DNA of 61,584 bases from Chlamydiota bacterium (GCA_031423235.1 JANPFC010000055.1:1-61584), one strand, 5' to 3'; shown: positions 1-11,000, numbered from the stretch's first letter. Numbers and translations: made by a program. Notes: generated by a model not told the origin, from the letters alone.

Positions 1-198
1 CGTTTGTGTTGCGCTATGAGCTGAGCCCGCTCAGCATCGCTTAAGAAAATCATGCTCAATATTTTGCATGTCAAGCCAAATTTTTATCAAACCGATTCTT
101 GAATCACGAACGGTATACATTCGGGTGTGTTCTCTAATTGCGCGCGTGTTTTTGGAAGGCAATAATCTTAATAAATATCACATTGTTCAGGATATTGC

Positions 199-873
199 TT
201 AAAGAAATTGAGTTCGTAGTTTTACCGCTAGTTGTTCTTCCTCTTTTGAGTCGATGATTTCTTTGATTGAGTTCCAAGCAGGGATGAATTTCTCGGGCGC
301 AGCGTCTTGGATGTCGCGGAGAAATGCTTCCCGATCAGAGGCGTTGAAGTGGGGAAATAGCACCTGCATCATCTGAATCAACTCATCTACCGTCATTAGC
401 TGGTAAGTCTCTTCTTCCACTTTTCGCAGCTCAACATCCGTGTACAGTCTCTGCAATTCTGGCAGAATCAAAGTTTCTTCCAGATGAAGATGGTGGAGAT
501 TGTCGCCAACGAATTCTCTATAGCTGAGATAAAACTGATAGCCCAATTCAGTCTGGTGAATTTTGTCTTGTGAAGCTTTAATTTGGTTTAAAAGGCTCTG
601 TAGGTTATGAAAAATGGCATCATGCTGCTGATGGTCATCATGTGCTTCTTGAAAAAGCGTTGAGCCCTTTTGGCGAAGGAGGGGGTGGAGCTTTGTATCT
701 TCATATTGAGCATGGCCCTGGAGCATCTCGACGACGGCACTGAACTCCTGTTCGATTTTTCCCACTTGGAGAGGGATCCGAAAATCTGTTTTGGCCACTA
801 GCCTTTCGAGCTCATTCAGTGCGAAACTGACGTATTTATGCTCGCGATAAAACTTATATCTATTCTGTTCCAT
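199..873 (-). CDS. Hemerythrin-like (HHE cation-binding) domain protein
   Basis: 224-aa ORF with His/Glu-rich helical motifs (HAQYEDTKLHPLL, HDDHQQHD, HHLHLEETL) typical of hemerythrin/HHE domains. It overlaps the upstream TetR gene by 14 nt, implying an operon. Confidence 0.55.
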   Translation of the reverse strand: MEQNRYKFYREHKYVSFALNELERLVAKTDFRIPLQVGKIEQEFSAVVEMLQGHAQYEDTKLHPLLRQKGSTLFQEAHDDHQQHDAIFHNLQSLLNQIKASQDKIHQTELGYQFYLSYREFVGDNLHHLHLEETLILPELQRLYTDVELRKVEEETYQLMTVDELIQMMQVLFPHFNASDREAFLRDIQDAAPEKFIPAWNSIKEIIDSKEEEQLAVKLRTQFL

Positions 874-1456
874 TTGAATACCTAGCTAAGAGTTTTGCTT
901 TCATCTGTTCTAACGGGTAATCTTTTGGCCCAAGCATATATTCTAGGGAAATCCCTTGTAGCAATGAGCGGAGGAACGTAGCTTCCATCTCGGGATCGGG
1001 AAACCCAAGATCGCTGTACAATTTCTTCTCCGCTTGAAATAGTCTTTCAAATTGATCGCGGTATTTTTCCATCGCCTTCTCGATTGCGCGGACGCCATCG
1101 GCGTTTAGGTATAGAGAATTGTAGAAGCGGAGTTTTTCTGTATGTTCGATGAGTTCCAACAAGACGAAATCAACCAAAAAGGAGAGCCGTTTCTTTGGAT
1201 CTTCAATAGACTCAAGCCCCTGGACTAGCGGAAGGGCGTCTTGAAGTCTTATTTCGGCTAAGGCGATGAGGATGGCCTCTTTGCTCTCGAAATAATGGTA
1301 AGCTAATCCTTTAGAGACTTTAGCCGCTTTGGCGATTTGAGCCATACTGCCAGCATGATACCCATTTTTAGAAAATATTTTAATTGCGGCTTCGAGGAGT
1401 CGGGCTATCGATACCTTCCTCTCTAAAGCGAATTGCTTATGGCTTTTTGGACTCAT
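860..1456 (-). CDS. TetR/AcrR family transcriptional regulator
   Basis: About 200 aa. The N-terminal HTH signature GYHAGSMAQIAKAAKVSKGLAYHYFESKEAIL is typical of TetR-family proteins. Confidence 0.85.
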   Translation of the reverse strand: MSPKSHKQFALERKVSIARLLEAAIKIFSKNGYHAGSMAQIAKAAKVSKGLAYHYFESKEAILIALAEIRLQDALPLVQGLESIEDPKKRLSFLVDFVLLELIEHTEKLRFYNSLYLNADGVRAIEKAMEKYRDQFERLFQAEKKLYSDLGFPDPEMEATFLRSLLQGISLEYMLGPKDYPLEQMKAKLLARYSNGTE

Positions 1457-1475
1457 ATCTCTCTATGCTAACATA

Positions 1476-1495
1476 GGTTGACCGATCGGTCAACC
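1476..1495. promoter_or_regulatory. Perfect 20-bp palindrome GGTTGACCGATCGGTCAACC; candidate TetR operator
   Basis: Read directly. It lies 20 nt upstream of the TetR start (1456), in the divergent intergenic region shared with ORF 1586(+). Confidence 0.55.
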
Positions 1496-1585
1496 AAATC
1501 GTTTAATGAGTCATGTTAAATTAATGATGTGTATTGGATTGATTTGTGTGAAACCATATAATACGCCAAAAAAATAGGTGGGTAT

Positions 1586-2176
1586 ATGATTGCGAGTTTA
1601 ATTGGAAAAATGGTTTTACCAGAGCCTTCTGTCTCGGATGAAATTTTTGGCAGACTCTACTACGGCGTCAGCACTTGCGTGGATACTGCTCAGACGGTTG
1701 TAAAGGTAGCCAGATCCATTTTTACCAGCGCCCTGGCTCTAGTTTTTGCGGGCCAATCTACTTTGCTGAACAAAGCTAGCCTCCTTTCTTGGGACGATGT
1801 TGGTTTTTCTCTTCAGATGACCGGTTACTCGCTTTTGGGAATATTAAGTCCCCAACAGGCATGGCTAAAAAAATGTCAGTCTCATATTTCAAATGCCACT
1901 TCTACTAAGAGAGTGGAAGTTTCTGATTTCCTACTCGAAGAGTGGGGAACCGCGAAATCTGCCGGTGTCCGCACGTTTCTCATTGGGCAAATGCTAGAGA
2001 GTGGATTCCGCTACGCTACTTCTTCTGTTCGATTTTTCGCAGCTAAACTAATGTATGCGATGAGTTTGGAAAATGCCAAATTCGTGAACCTAGTCGCCGA
2101 TGGGGCTTACCACTCCGCTGAATGCGCAAGCCATGAAGTGAGCTTAATCTCCAAGGTCGCTTTCAATCGTTATTGA
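1586..2176 (+). CDS. Hypothetical protein
   Basis: 196-aa ORF with an AGGTGG Shine-Dalgarno just upstream of the ATG. No motif recognised. Confidence 0.4.
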   Translation: MIASLIGKMVLPEPSVSDEIFGRLYYGVSTCVDTAQTVVKVARSIFTSALALVFAGQSTLLNKASLLSWDDVGFSLQMTGYSLLGILSPQQAWLKKCQSHISNATSTKRVEVSDFLLEEWGTAKSAGVRTFLIGQMLESGFRYATSSVRFFAAKLMYAMSLENAKFVNLVADGAYHSAECASHEVSLISKVAFNRY

Positions 2177-2618
2177 GCTTTGAAAGCGTCCATTTTGGGT
2201 ACTGGAGTTCCGACCCATCCAATTTCAACCAGCCAGGCATGATCATATCCAACCCAGTCTTCTGTTTTATATTTAGGGCATCAAGAATAGATGTTATGAG
2301 AGGTCCAAATGAACAGGATATTCCAATCGAAAGGTTATCCGATCTAAGTTTGACTGCCATAAACATATCTCCGCCGCATGGCGCGACTGTAATTACATCC
2401 GTTGATTCAGGGACATAAGATAATCCATTCCTGCGGGCAAATATCTGCGCAGCCGACTCTGCAATCTTCTTGTCTGAATCAGAGGCTATGGTTGTATTTG
2501 AAACAGAAAAAACGATCTTGTCATCTTCAACTCTTGGGAATGTTTTCAGGACAACTGAATATTCTGTGCCGGTTTGAGCAACCGTAACAAATCTCGTTAG
2601 GTCAGATGGAATTGCCAT
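2163..2618 (-). CDS. Hypothetical protein
   Basis: 151-aa ORF, convergent with 1586..2176. No motif recognised. The plus-strand ORFs 2173..2418 and 2402..2587 are nested in it and look spurious. Confidence 0.4.
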   Translation of the reverse strand: MAIPSDLTRFVTVAQTGTEYSVVLKTFPRVEDDKIVFSVSNTTIASDSDKKIAESAAQIFARRNGLSYVPESTDVITVAPCGGDMFMAVKLRSDNLSIGISCSFGPLITSILDALNIKQKTGLDMIMPGWLKLDGSELQYPKWTLSKLNND

Positions 2619-2668
2619 AATATCCTCGTTTGACCGAGCGATATTAATAGGAGTGGGAGATTATTTGC

Positions 2669-3508
2669 ATGAAAAAAATGGGTGCTGAGGTTATAAATAT
2701 GGGCATGTTTGAGAAGAGATTAGCAGGTAAAGTCGCTCTGGTTACAGGAGCTGCTCAAGGCATTGGGAAAGAAACGGCGATTGTTCTTGCAAGAGCTGGC
2801 GCCAGGGTAGTTGTGTCGGACATATTCGATACAGCGGGCAAATTAGTTGCCGAGCAAATAGGAGAGGGGAGCCTCTATTTGCATCTCGATGTGCGCAAAG
2901 AGAGCGATTGGGAACAGTGCATGCAAGAGATCGTGAAACGATATGGCCAGCTCAATATCCTCGTGAATAATGCCGGTCTGACAGGATTTCAAGAGGGTTT
3001 TGGTCCCCAAGATCCTGAACATGCATCATTAGAAAGCTGGAGAGAGGTTCACGCAGTCAATTCCGATGGCGCGTTTCTTGGCTGTAAGCATGGAATTCGG
3101 GCGATGAAAAATGGGGGAGCATGTTCTATCATCAATATTTCCTCTCGGTCGGGCCTTGTTGGGATTCCGGGAGCTGCGGCTTATGCATCGAGTAAGGCTG
3201 CGATGAGGAATCATACGAAATCGGTCGCCCTATATTGCTGCCAGCAGGGGTACAACATCCGCTGCAACTCTATCCACCCCGCAGCCATTTTGACCCCGAT
3301 GTGGGATCCGATGCTGGGGGATGATCGAGAAGCCAAAATCAAGGAAATTTCTAAAGATATCCCCATGCATAGAATGGGAGCGCCCGAAGATGTCGCGAAT
3401 GCTGTGTTGTTTTTGGCCTCGGATGAGTCTAAGTATATCACCGGGATCGAACTGACTATCGACGGCGGTATTCTTGCAGGTTCCGGCGCATCTCCACAAA
3501 GAAGATAA
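2669..3508 (+). CDS. Short-chain dehydrogenase/reductase (SDR) family oxidoreductase
   Basis: Cofactor motif VALVTGAAQGIGKE (TGxxxGxG), NNAG, and catalytic YASSKAA (YxxxK). The start may instead be the ATG at 2699, which has a GAGGT 7 nt upstream. Confidence 0.9.
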   Translation: MKKMGAEVINMGMFEKRLAGKVALVTGAAQGIGKETAIVLARAGARVVVSDIFDTAGKLVAEQIGEGSLYLHLDVRKESDWEQCMQEIVKRYGQLNILVNNAGLTGFQEGFGPQDPEHASLESWREVHAVNSDGAFLGCKHGIRAMKNGGACSIINISSRSGLVGIPGAAAYASSKAAMRNHTKSVALYCCQQGYNIRCNSIHPAAILTPMWDPMLGDDREAKIKEISKDIPMHRMGAPEDVANAVLFLASDESKYITGIELTIDGGILAGSGASPQRR

Positions 3509-3530
3509 TACACACAATTATGAGACTGAT

Positions 3531-3953
3531 ATGGCTGTAAGTTCTACGCAACAATTTCCTATTCCGACCCACGTACAAGAAATAAGAGCCATCTATGTGT
3601 TATCAATTTCCAATCAAATAGCCGTTTGCATAGCGTTCAAAAAGGGGTGCGAAGCCGTGCGGCAAGCCGCAGAAAAAGTGCTATGTCCTGATTACTGGGA
3701 ACATAACACGCTTATTGGGCACATGCCCGCGGATAATCGTTATATTCAAGAAAGGAGATGTGTTTGCAAGCTGCTTTCCACGGATGCAAGCCCACTAATT
3801 CAGAAAATTTTAGATGTTGTGGATCTGGTTGGCACTAAGGATTCATCTCATCTTAGGATGGTTCCTGTTATTCCAACCATAAACCTATTGGACACAATTC
3901 AAGCTCCGCCTGCTCAAGCCCTAGTAGACATCAAAGAAGTGCACGGCTCTTGA
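3531..3953 (+). CDS. Hypothetical protein
   Basis: The ORF is open from 3474, but that start overlaps the SDR gene by 35 nt, so the ATG at 3531 (MAVSSTQQ) is preferred. No motif recognised. Confidence 0.35.
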   Translation: MAVSSTQQFPIPTHVQEIRAIYVLSISNQIAVCIAFKKGCEAVRQAAEKVLCPDYWEHNTLIGHMPADNRYIQERRCVCKLLSTDASPLIQKILDVVDLVGTKDSSHLRMVPVIPTINLLDTIQAPPAQALVDIKEVHGS

Positions 3954-4032
3954 ATCTATCCCATTAATTTGTTATTCGTTTTTTATTAATGTAATAATTT
4001 GTTATAATATTAATAATTTTAACATTAAAAGG

Positions 4033-4422
4033 GTGAATATGAGTGCTATTGCATGTTTGAGCGGTACATTGTCTTGGGGTTTGATCAGAACGGGCGATTG
4101 GATGATCAGGAGCGGAGCTGGAATCATAGATCAAGGGATCCGGAAATCTAACGTTCTCATAGACCATATTTGTCACGGCTGCAAGATAAGTCGATTTAGT
4201 CCTGATTTCGAAGAAGTGAGAGGTATCATCAACCAGTCGTCGTTATACACTACTCAAACTGTTAATCAATTGAATACTATTCTTTCAGAAGCTCTCAACC
4301 AAGAAGTGGTAGGCGAAGGGATTTGCAAAATGGGCGCTGTTTGTCAGATTGCAGGGGTTGCATTGGGTGCCTACGCTGTTTATAAATTGGCCGGACAGGT
4401 TGTCAATTACTTAAAAAGTTAA
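4033..4422 (+). CDS. Hypothetical protein with C-terminal hydrophobic segment
   Basis: 129-aa ORF with a GTG at 4033 and an ATG at 4039. The C-terminal stretch MGAVCQIAGVALGAYAVYKLAG looks like a TM helix. An AT-rich upstream region contains TATAAT at 4003..4008. Confidence 0.4.
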   Translation: MNMSAIACLSGTLSWGLIRTGDWMIRSGAGIIDQGIRKSNVLIDHICHGCKISRFSPDFEEVRGIINQSSLYTTQTVNQLNTILSEALNQEVVGEGICKMGAVCQIAGVALGAYAVYKLAGQVVNYLKS

Positions 4423-4506
4423 CATCCACAGTCGCTAATTTGGTACGAAGCTCGACTAATTTCAAGCTTTTTCCTATACTCTCGGCCCCATTAATAGTGA
4501 GGCCGT

Positions 4507-6288
4507 ATGTTCAATTTCTTGATCGCTGCATTTTTGACTGTTGTTCCTCAGGAAGAAATCATCCACCTGATTCCCGATTTTGCTCAACCCAAATACTCTA
4601 GCAATGAACAAAGTCTCGCCTATCTGGCTCCCAATGAACGGGGATCTTACAATCTGCATGTTGATGGGAAATGTGTAACGAATGAACGGCGCTCAATCTA
4701 TCAATTCAAATGGGATCCCGATAACGCTCACCTCCTCTATCTTTATGATGAAGAGGGGGATGAAAATTACCACTTGTATCGGACAGATTTAGAGGGGAAG
4801 AGAGAAGATCTGACCCCTTTTCAAGATGTTCATGTTGAGTTGCTCGGCGTTGATAAATCGTCAGCTCTAATTACAATGAATGTACGCGATCCAAGATACA
4901 ACGACTTTTACAGGATCGATCTTGAAAGCAAAAATCTAGAGCCCATTTACCCTCAGAATGACCATCGCGACAGGTGTTTTATTGGGGATAATTTAGAGCT
5001 CAAAGCGATTATCAATCTAGAGCTAGACGGGAGGAAATATCTCGAGGTTTCTGAAAATGGAAATTGGCGCACTCTTTGCGAACTCGACCCAGATGACTGG
5101 TATACTGAAATCGTGCAGATAAGTCCTGATAAGAAAAACATCGTTATTCTCTGCTGCATGGAGCAGCCTACCCGGGGGATCTACTCGATCGATCTCCAAT
5201 CGGGAGATGCTGAGCTCCTTTTTTCCCATCCGAAACTAGATTGTTTGAAGAGCTATTTTCATCCAGAGACGGGCGCTCTTCAGGCAGCTGTGGTTCGCGA
5301 TGGGCTTCTAGAGTGGCATTTCTTTGATGCGGATTTTCAAACAAATTACGAAAGGATTGAGTCGGTTCTAAAAAAAGGGGAAATTCATCTTATTTCCCGC
5401 CTTTCCAAGGATCGGAAATGGTTTATTGTGCACAGGCAGGATGACGCTCCAAATGCCTACTATGTATGGGACAAAGATGAGAAAAAACTGACCCTGGCGT
5501 ATCAGGAAAGCCCAAATCTACTCAACTACACTTTCGGAAAAATGGAGTCGTTCCATTTTACAGCAACAGATGGACAAGATATCCAAGGTTATTTTCTAAA
5601 ACCGCCGGTGGGCGAGACCCCTTATCCTACCGTTGTTCAAGTGCATGGCGGGCCTCATGGAAGGGATCAATGGGGTTTTATCCCTCACCGCCAATATTTG
5701 GCATCTCAAGGCTACGCTGTACTATTTATCAACTATCGAGCTACTTTTGGTTTCGGAAAGAAGTTCCTGATGGCCGATAAGGGGGAGTGGGGAGGGCGCG
5801 TCTTTCAAGATATCATCGATGGAAAGAGATGGGCTGTAGAGCAAGGATGGGTAGATCCGAATCGGGTTGCCCTTAGAGGGGGCAGCTATGGGGGATACAT
5901 GGCTCTTCTTGGCTTGACTCTGACCCCTAATGAGTTCCAATGCTACTTATCAGATTGCCCTGTCGTAGAACCTAATGCTTGGATGCCGCAAGGGTATGTT
6001 GTTTGGGATTTTGCCTACGAGAGCCTCTTTCGGAACGCGGTTGCTTGCGCCAAAAGCCCCTTGACTTACGCAAGCCATGCGAACAAACCCTTACTTATGA
6101 CGCATGCAGAAAACGATCTTCGTGTGGTTCTGGATCAAAGTCAAAAAATGTCTCAAATTCTCCAATTATACAGAATACCTCACACCTACATTGTATATCC
6201 GAGAGATGGGCATATCTTTTATGACCCAGACAATCGGCGCCACCATCACCTCGAGGTGGATGCATTTCTCAATAAGTGCTTGCAATGA
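4507..6288 (+). CDS. S9 family serine peptidase (prolyl oligopeptidase / dipeptidyl aminopeptidase-like)
   Basis: N-terminal beta-propeller-like region followed by a C-terminal alpha/beta hydrolase. Nucleophile elbow GGSYGGYM, downstream HAENDLRV and DGH, consistent with a Ser-Asp-His triad. Confidence 0.85.
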   Translation: MFNFLIAAFLTVVPQEEIIHLIPDFAQPKYSSNEQSLAYLAPNERGSYNLHVDGKCVTNERRSIYQFKWDPDNAHLLYLYDEEGDENYHLYRTDLEGKREDLTPFQDVHVELLGVDKSSALITMNVRDPRYNDFYRIDLESKNLEPIYPQNDHRDRCFIGDNLELKAIINLELDGRKYLEVSENGNWRTLCELDPDDWYTEIVQISPDKKNIVILCCMEQPTRGIYSIDLQSGDAELLFSHPKLDCLKSYFHPETGALQAAVVRDGLLEWHFFDADFQTNYERIESVLKKGEIHLISRLSKDRKWFIVHRQDDAPNAYYVWDKDEKKLTLAYQESPNLLNYTFGKMESFHFTATDGQDIQGYFLKPPVGETPYPTVVQVHGGPHGRDQWGFIPHRQYLASQGYAVLFINYRATFGFGKKFLMADKGEWGGRVFQDIIDGKRWAVEQGWVDPNRVALRGGSYGGYMALLGLTLTPNEFQCYLSDCPVVEPNAWMPQGYVVWDFAYESLFRNAVACAKSPLTYASHANKPLLMTHAENDLRVVLDQSQKMSQILQLYRIPHTYIVYPRDGHIFYDPDNRRHHHLEVDAFLNKCLQ

Positions 6289-7186
6289 CTTTTAAAGCAC
6301 GGAGACCTTCGCGTAGGATGGCAGGATCTCCCGAGTGATGGCCGTATAGAACGAGCATCATACTGCTATAGATTGCTCGTAAACGGGCAAGCGCCCAAGT
6401 ATCGTGGGAGATCTCGCCATACGCCTCTCGAAAGAGGTGGTGGGCGTGCTGAGGAAGAAAGCTGTGGGCGATGGATAGATCCATAGCGGGATCGCCAAGA
6501 TGGATATCGCCCCAATCAATCACTCCAACGAGCGTATGCTTTTCATCGACGAGCAAATGCCTTACGTAGAAGTCTCCATGAACAAGAACATTAGACAGCG
6601 GCGCTCTCAAATTCTTAGATGTTTCAAGGACCGATTCGAGTCCTTTTCTATTTTCAAGGAGATTGAGGAGGGCAAGTTCTGCTAAGTTCTTTCTGATTTT
6701 CTCAATCAGCTGCGTCCCGTCGATGCGGCTTCGGTTGTCGCCGAAAATATGGGATCCAGCCACTATAGCTCCGGAGGTGTTGTGAAGGTGGGCAAGAAAG
6801 CGGGCAATCGGCTCAGCTAGAGAGGCTCTTTCATCTTCAGTCAAATTTGCGTAGCAGGCGGTGAAGCCGGGGAGCATCTTATAGCCGATGAAAGGCCATG
6901 GAAAGCGGGAAGTGGGCTCGCCTCTCCATTTCGGAACGGGTATGGGCAAGGGGAGAAGAGGAGCTAGTTTGGGGAGGATGCACCACTCGGCCTCCAAAAG
7001 GGGAAGGGCGATCTCTCTTCGGGGGAAACGGAAGATTAGGTCTTCGTTAATCACAAAAGCGGTATTGTCCCACCCTGCGCCTAATAGACGGATTTTGGTA
7101 GGAGATAGCTGAGGAAATTGCTCGCGGATGAGCTCGAGGGCAAGCGGCGGCTCGAGTGTCTGCTCCGGATTCCAGAGATGAGTCAT
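6269..7186 (-). CDS. Phosphotransferase (APH/choline-kinase-like) family protein
   Basis: Catalytic loop VHGDFYVRHLLVD and metal-binding IDWGDIHLGDPAMDL are typical of the aminoglycoside phosphotransferase fold. Confidence 0.8.
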   Translation of the reverse strand: MTHLWNPEQTLEPPLALELIREQFPQLSPTKIRLLGAGWDNTAFVINEDLIFRFPRREIALPLLEAEWCILPKLAPLLPLPIPVPKWRGEPTSRFPWPFIGYKMLPGFTACYANLTEDERASLAEPIARFLAHLHNTSGAIVAGSHIFGDNRSRIDGTQLIEKIRKNLAELALLNLLENRKGLESVLETSKNLRAPLSNVLVHGDFYVRHLLVDEKHTLVGVIDWGDIHLGDPAMDLSIAHSFLPQHAHHLFREAYGEISHDTWALARLRAIYSSMMLVLYGHHSGDPAILREGLRALKVIASTY

Positions 7187-7192
7187 GATTTT

Positions 7193-8005
7193 CTACATCG
7201 CATGATAGTTAAAGAAGACCATGTGGATTAAATTTAGGAGAAAGTGAGTGAGGATCGCACTTTCAATCTTGCCTGAAAGTAGATAGACGCCGCCATAAAG
7301 AAGACTCGCGATGAAGACAAATCCCAGTACCGCTGCATTCGGGCTCCAAAAAACATGAGCAAACGTGAAGATGGCTGAGGTGAGGATGAGGGCAGCTATT
7401 TTGCCCCACTTCGTGTTGTGGAAATAGCGGACTAATTGGGTTTGCAAAAAGCCTCGATAGAACCCCTCCTCAGGGATACAGGTGAGGATTAGATTGCTCC
7501 ATGTGCGGAGCCCCATGTGGGTGGGAATCTTTAATTGCCAATGGGTGGCTTTAGCAATTGTTGCAAGGATGGCTAAGACCGCAATTCCGCAGCATCCGTA
7601 GCCAAGGCCAATGAGGACTTTTTTCCAGTCCTTGAGCGTTTTAGAGAGGGGAACCAATAGGGCTAGCGGCAGGAGGCCGACAATAGGACCTTCCAATCCG
7701 ATTTTAAATTTAGATGTGATCAATACAGGTTCAAATCCAGGAACAAGGCGGAGTTTAAAGCTGATCGATACGATGACTAATAGGGCGAATAGGGCAAAGC
7801 TTGGCTTCTTATCATAGTACAGCCACAAGATGGAGAGCAGCGCTAAAATAACGAGCCCCAGAAAGAAAACGTTTCCGTTGATTAATCCGCCAAGGACGCT
7901 GAGGCCAAGGAGACTGCCCCAAATTTTAGGATCTCGCCTGATCCATAAGCTAAGAAAGGATAGAGTGAGGAAAAGGAAGCTTAAAAAAGTCACTGAAGGC
8001 CCCAT
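7193..8005 (-). CDS. CPBP (CAAX/Abi) family intramembrane metalloprotease
   Basis: Polytopic membrane protein with the three family motifs: EEGFYRGF (EExxxR), FAHVF (FxxxH) and HFLLN (HxxxN). Confidence 0.8.
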   Translation of the reverse strand: MGPSVTFLSFLFLTLSFLSLWIRRDPKIWGSLLGLSVLGGLINGNVFFLGLVILALLSILWLYYDKKPSFALFALLVIVSISFKLRLVPGFEPVLITSKFKIGLEGPIVGLLPLALLVPLSKTLKDWKKVLIGLGYGCCGIAVLAILATIAKATHWQLKIPTHMGLRTWSNLILTCIPEEGFYRGFLQTQLVRYFHNTKWGKIAALILTSAIFTFAHVFWSPNAAVLGFVFIASLLYGGVYLLSGKIESAILTHFLLNLIHMVFFNYHAM

Positions 8006-8058
8006 TCAATACAACGAAGTATTTTAGAATGAGGGAGGCCTGTTGTAAAGTGAAATGA

Positions 8059-11000
8059 TTAAGCCATCGAGAGACGATCGCCCTGCAAACATGCTCCCAC
8101 GCTGGCCTCTAGATTTACTTTGAAAGTAGCATAGTCAGCGGTGCTGTATAGATCCATTTGCCTGCCGCACGTATGAAAACGGGGGTTACCATCATATGAA
8201 TACCCTTTAACGATCAGCCGCCCGTTTTCGGGCAATGTCCGAATCCCTGTTGTACATTCAACTAAATCTCCAAGTTGCTGGTCGCTCGCTGCATCAATCC
8301 ATCTCCTGAGATGCAATGCAATTGCACGATCGCTATCAAACGCTAAGGCCCTAAGAACCACCTGTTTCGATAATGATCCTTGAATCTTCACTTGGAATGC
8401 TTCTGGAGTAGCTCCCTTCAATCGTTCAAATTGCAACCCACGAGCCAAAAGGGTCATAGTCATTGATTTTGCCATAACCATAGTGGCCTGAATTGCTTCA
8501 TCAATTCCTGACTCTGCATAGAAATCTTCTATGGGTGCTCCTAGAGCATTCTCAGTGATAGTTCGATTTGCAATGCCAATGACCTGCTCAGGGCTAAAGT
8601 GGGGATATTGGGTTTCTATGTAAATCCTACGCATTTTTTGTTGGAGATCTGCTGGCATTTCTCCTGAATCTGAGAATTGATTTATTTCAGTTTGAGTAAG
8701 ACTGTGCATCATTTTGAATACGACTGGATGGAGCTGCTGCCCAACTCGGATCTGTAGGTCTTGATCACCTAATGCCACGCCCAAGATGGCTCCGAGCCCT
8801 CTATAGCAGGTATTTTGTTGAGCCGGATCTAGCTGCTCGTTTGGTTTAATTTGCGGGATAAATAGGTCATCTCGCTTTATTACGGGCAATTTCTGTTGTC
8901 CATCTTTAAAAATTTCTTTGAATAAACCTGTTGCAAGAGATCTTCTGAGTCCACCTGCGTCAACACCCTGGAGATGTTGCCCTTGAGCTACGTGTCTGAC
9001 TTCTGGAAGTCTTCCTCTGTTTCTGGAAATTGCCGTCGGCATTCTCAAAAGGATTGCTGTCGGATCGGTGGTGATGTGATCAGGATTGATTTCAATAACC
9101 CCACGATCTTCACCTCTTGAATTGAACTGCATCCTAATCTCGTTCATTGGTCGAAACTGAGCAGGATCTATGTGGGCTAGATATCCTGGTCTTTCAATGT
9201 CTCGTACTCTTGGATTTAACCGCATCCAATTATAGTTCAGTGGTCGAACCGGATCTTGAGGAAAATCTACTTCGGGTCGATTATTTTGCAAATCTTCCAA
9301 AGATTGAATCCGAGCTCTAATTAATGCAAGAGTTGATTCTATGTTGTTGCGGGATTCACGAATTTCGAATACAAAATTCGTGGCTGAATCTAGCCTTATA
9401 TTACGTATAAATATGTCTGAATGTTGAGAACTATTGCTGAGAATTGTGAAATATCTTATTAGTTCTTGCCGTACTGGCGGGGGTAAACCTGGTAGGTTGG
9501 CATAGGCCAATTCACGGATTCGGACATCCACATTAGGGTTGTTTCGTAATGGAGCATATTCAGGGTCGAATTCAGGGGGCAGGGCGTCCTCGTTAGCTAG
9601 AGCTTCAGGAACTCTCTCGGGTTGAGGAACTGCTCCTTGGGCGGGCGCGTCAGCAGCAGGCTCTCTTCTCAATGCATCATGATGATCTACATCCCAAGGT
9701 AGAGGTACGTCGTCAGGAACTAGTGCGCCTATTGCGAAGGCTGGCTGCAGATCGGCTTCTGCAGCTTCAGGCGCACCGGGGGGGTTAAGAGGATCTGCAA
9801 TCAAGTCGGCTGGTGGAGGAGGGACAGGGGCGAGCCGCTCTGTAGGAATATACACTCGCTCGTTAGCAGGTGCTACAGGAGGAGTATACCAGCCTAAGTG
9901 TTCTAGGTTTATATTGAACTTGTTTGCAATCGAAACCAAAACACTGAATAGGGTGGACAGTATTGAGAGCTTTACTGAGTTGTTTCTGATATCTACCTTA
10001 TGATGGAGCGCCATTAATGTAGAGCAGAAGTTCTCTAGTCTATTGTTGCGTAATCTGAGGGATTGAAGATGTTGCAAGTCTTTGAGTTCTTGCGGAATGG
10101 AGGTGAGCTGGTTGTTATTCATATTCAGATGCTCGAGGTTCGAGAGTCTGGTAATAACTGGAGGTACTGTTGCAAAACAGTTGTTATCCAACTTAAGAAG
10201 GTTGAGATTTGATAGGTTTGAAAGATTTTCAGGGAGATCTGTTAGTTTATTTTCAGCGGCATTAATTCTTTCAAGGTGGTGCAATTGGCTAATGCATGGG
10301 GGAAAAGATGTTAGCCCATATCCATCTATGTCCAAAAATGGACTCCTATTCCGGATATTATTCTTAATTGCGCTTGCTGCTAGTTGCCTCATTACTCTTT
10401 CTGGTTCAGGCCCAGCTAATGCCCACGTATTTAAAACATTATCTACGACTGAGGTTCCAAGCCGGACTGCCTTATTCTGAATTTCAAGAGGAAGATCTGT
10501 TGTTAGATCTACTTTCAAATCTCTCAGATTCGGAAGGTCTGCGATTGAAGCTGGAATCTGAAGCAATGGGTTTTGATCTAGGTAAAGATGAACAAGGTTA
10601 TTTAGTCCCTGAATAGTCGGTGGAATTGTGGTTAAGTCGTTTGCCGATAGATTGAGGCCGGTAAGCTGCGGCATTAAATCAAATTTATCTGGAAGCGATT
10701 GCAGTCCCAAATTACTTAAGTTTAGGTTTTCGTTTCCATTTCTGTAGCATTCCATCATTCTATGTACGGCTTCAGCTCTATTTTCGCTGGGTTGAGCGGT
10801 GCTGGCCCATTGATCAAGGTGCCTTTGAAGTGCTTGTTCATTGGTATATGTTGTTGGGCTCTGGCTGCTGATATATCCTCTGATGCCCTGTCCAACGCGG
10901 CCAGTTAAATCGCTAACAAGATTAGTGCCTGTAGATGTGAGGCTGCGTAGGGTTCCAATAGCTCCCTGACAGGCCGTTGTAACTCGGCTGCTTAAATCAG

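Noticed and set aside
1-53. Minus-strand ORF start (ATG at 53..51, MIFLSDAERAQLIAQHK...) running off the left edge, plus a GCTGAG-CCCG-CTCAGC hairpin at 20..35.
   Set aside because: Only 17 codons are visible, too few to identify. The hairpin lies inside that possible coding sequence and lacks a U-tract, so it is not called as a terminator.
3965-4005. 11-bp direct repeat TAATTTGTTAT (3965..3975 and 3995..4005) in the AT-rich region upstream of ORF 4033.
   Set aside because: In such AT-rich spacer sequence a repeat of this length can arise by chance. There is no associated regulator gene, and only the TATAAT at 4003..4008 is noted as a possible -10 element.
8059-9000. NEL (IpaH-type novel E3 ligase) domain as the C-terminal partner of the IpaH-like LRR.
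   Set aside because: I found no NEL-type catalytic C-x-D context. The C-terminal motifs (GxDxGG, TGxxxxPxxG, HTC near the C-terminus) fit HECT instead.
10082-10616. 132-aa and 82-aa plus-strand ORFs.
   Set aside because: They are antisense to the LRR region of the 1014-aa gene. The low-complexity leucine-codon periodicity creates open frames on the opposite strand.
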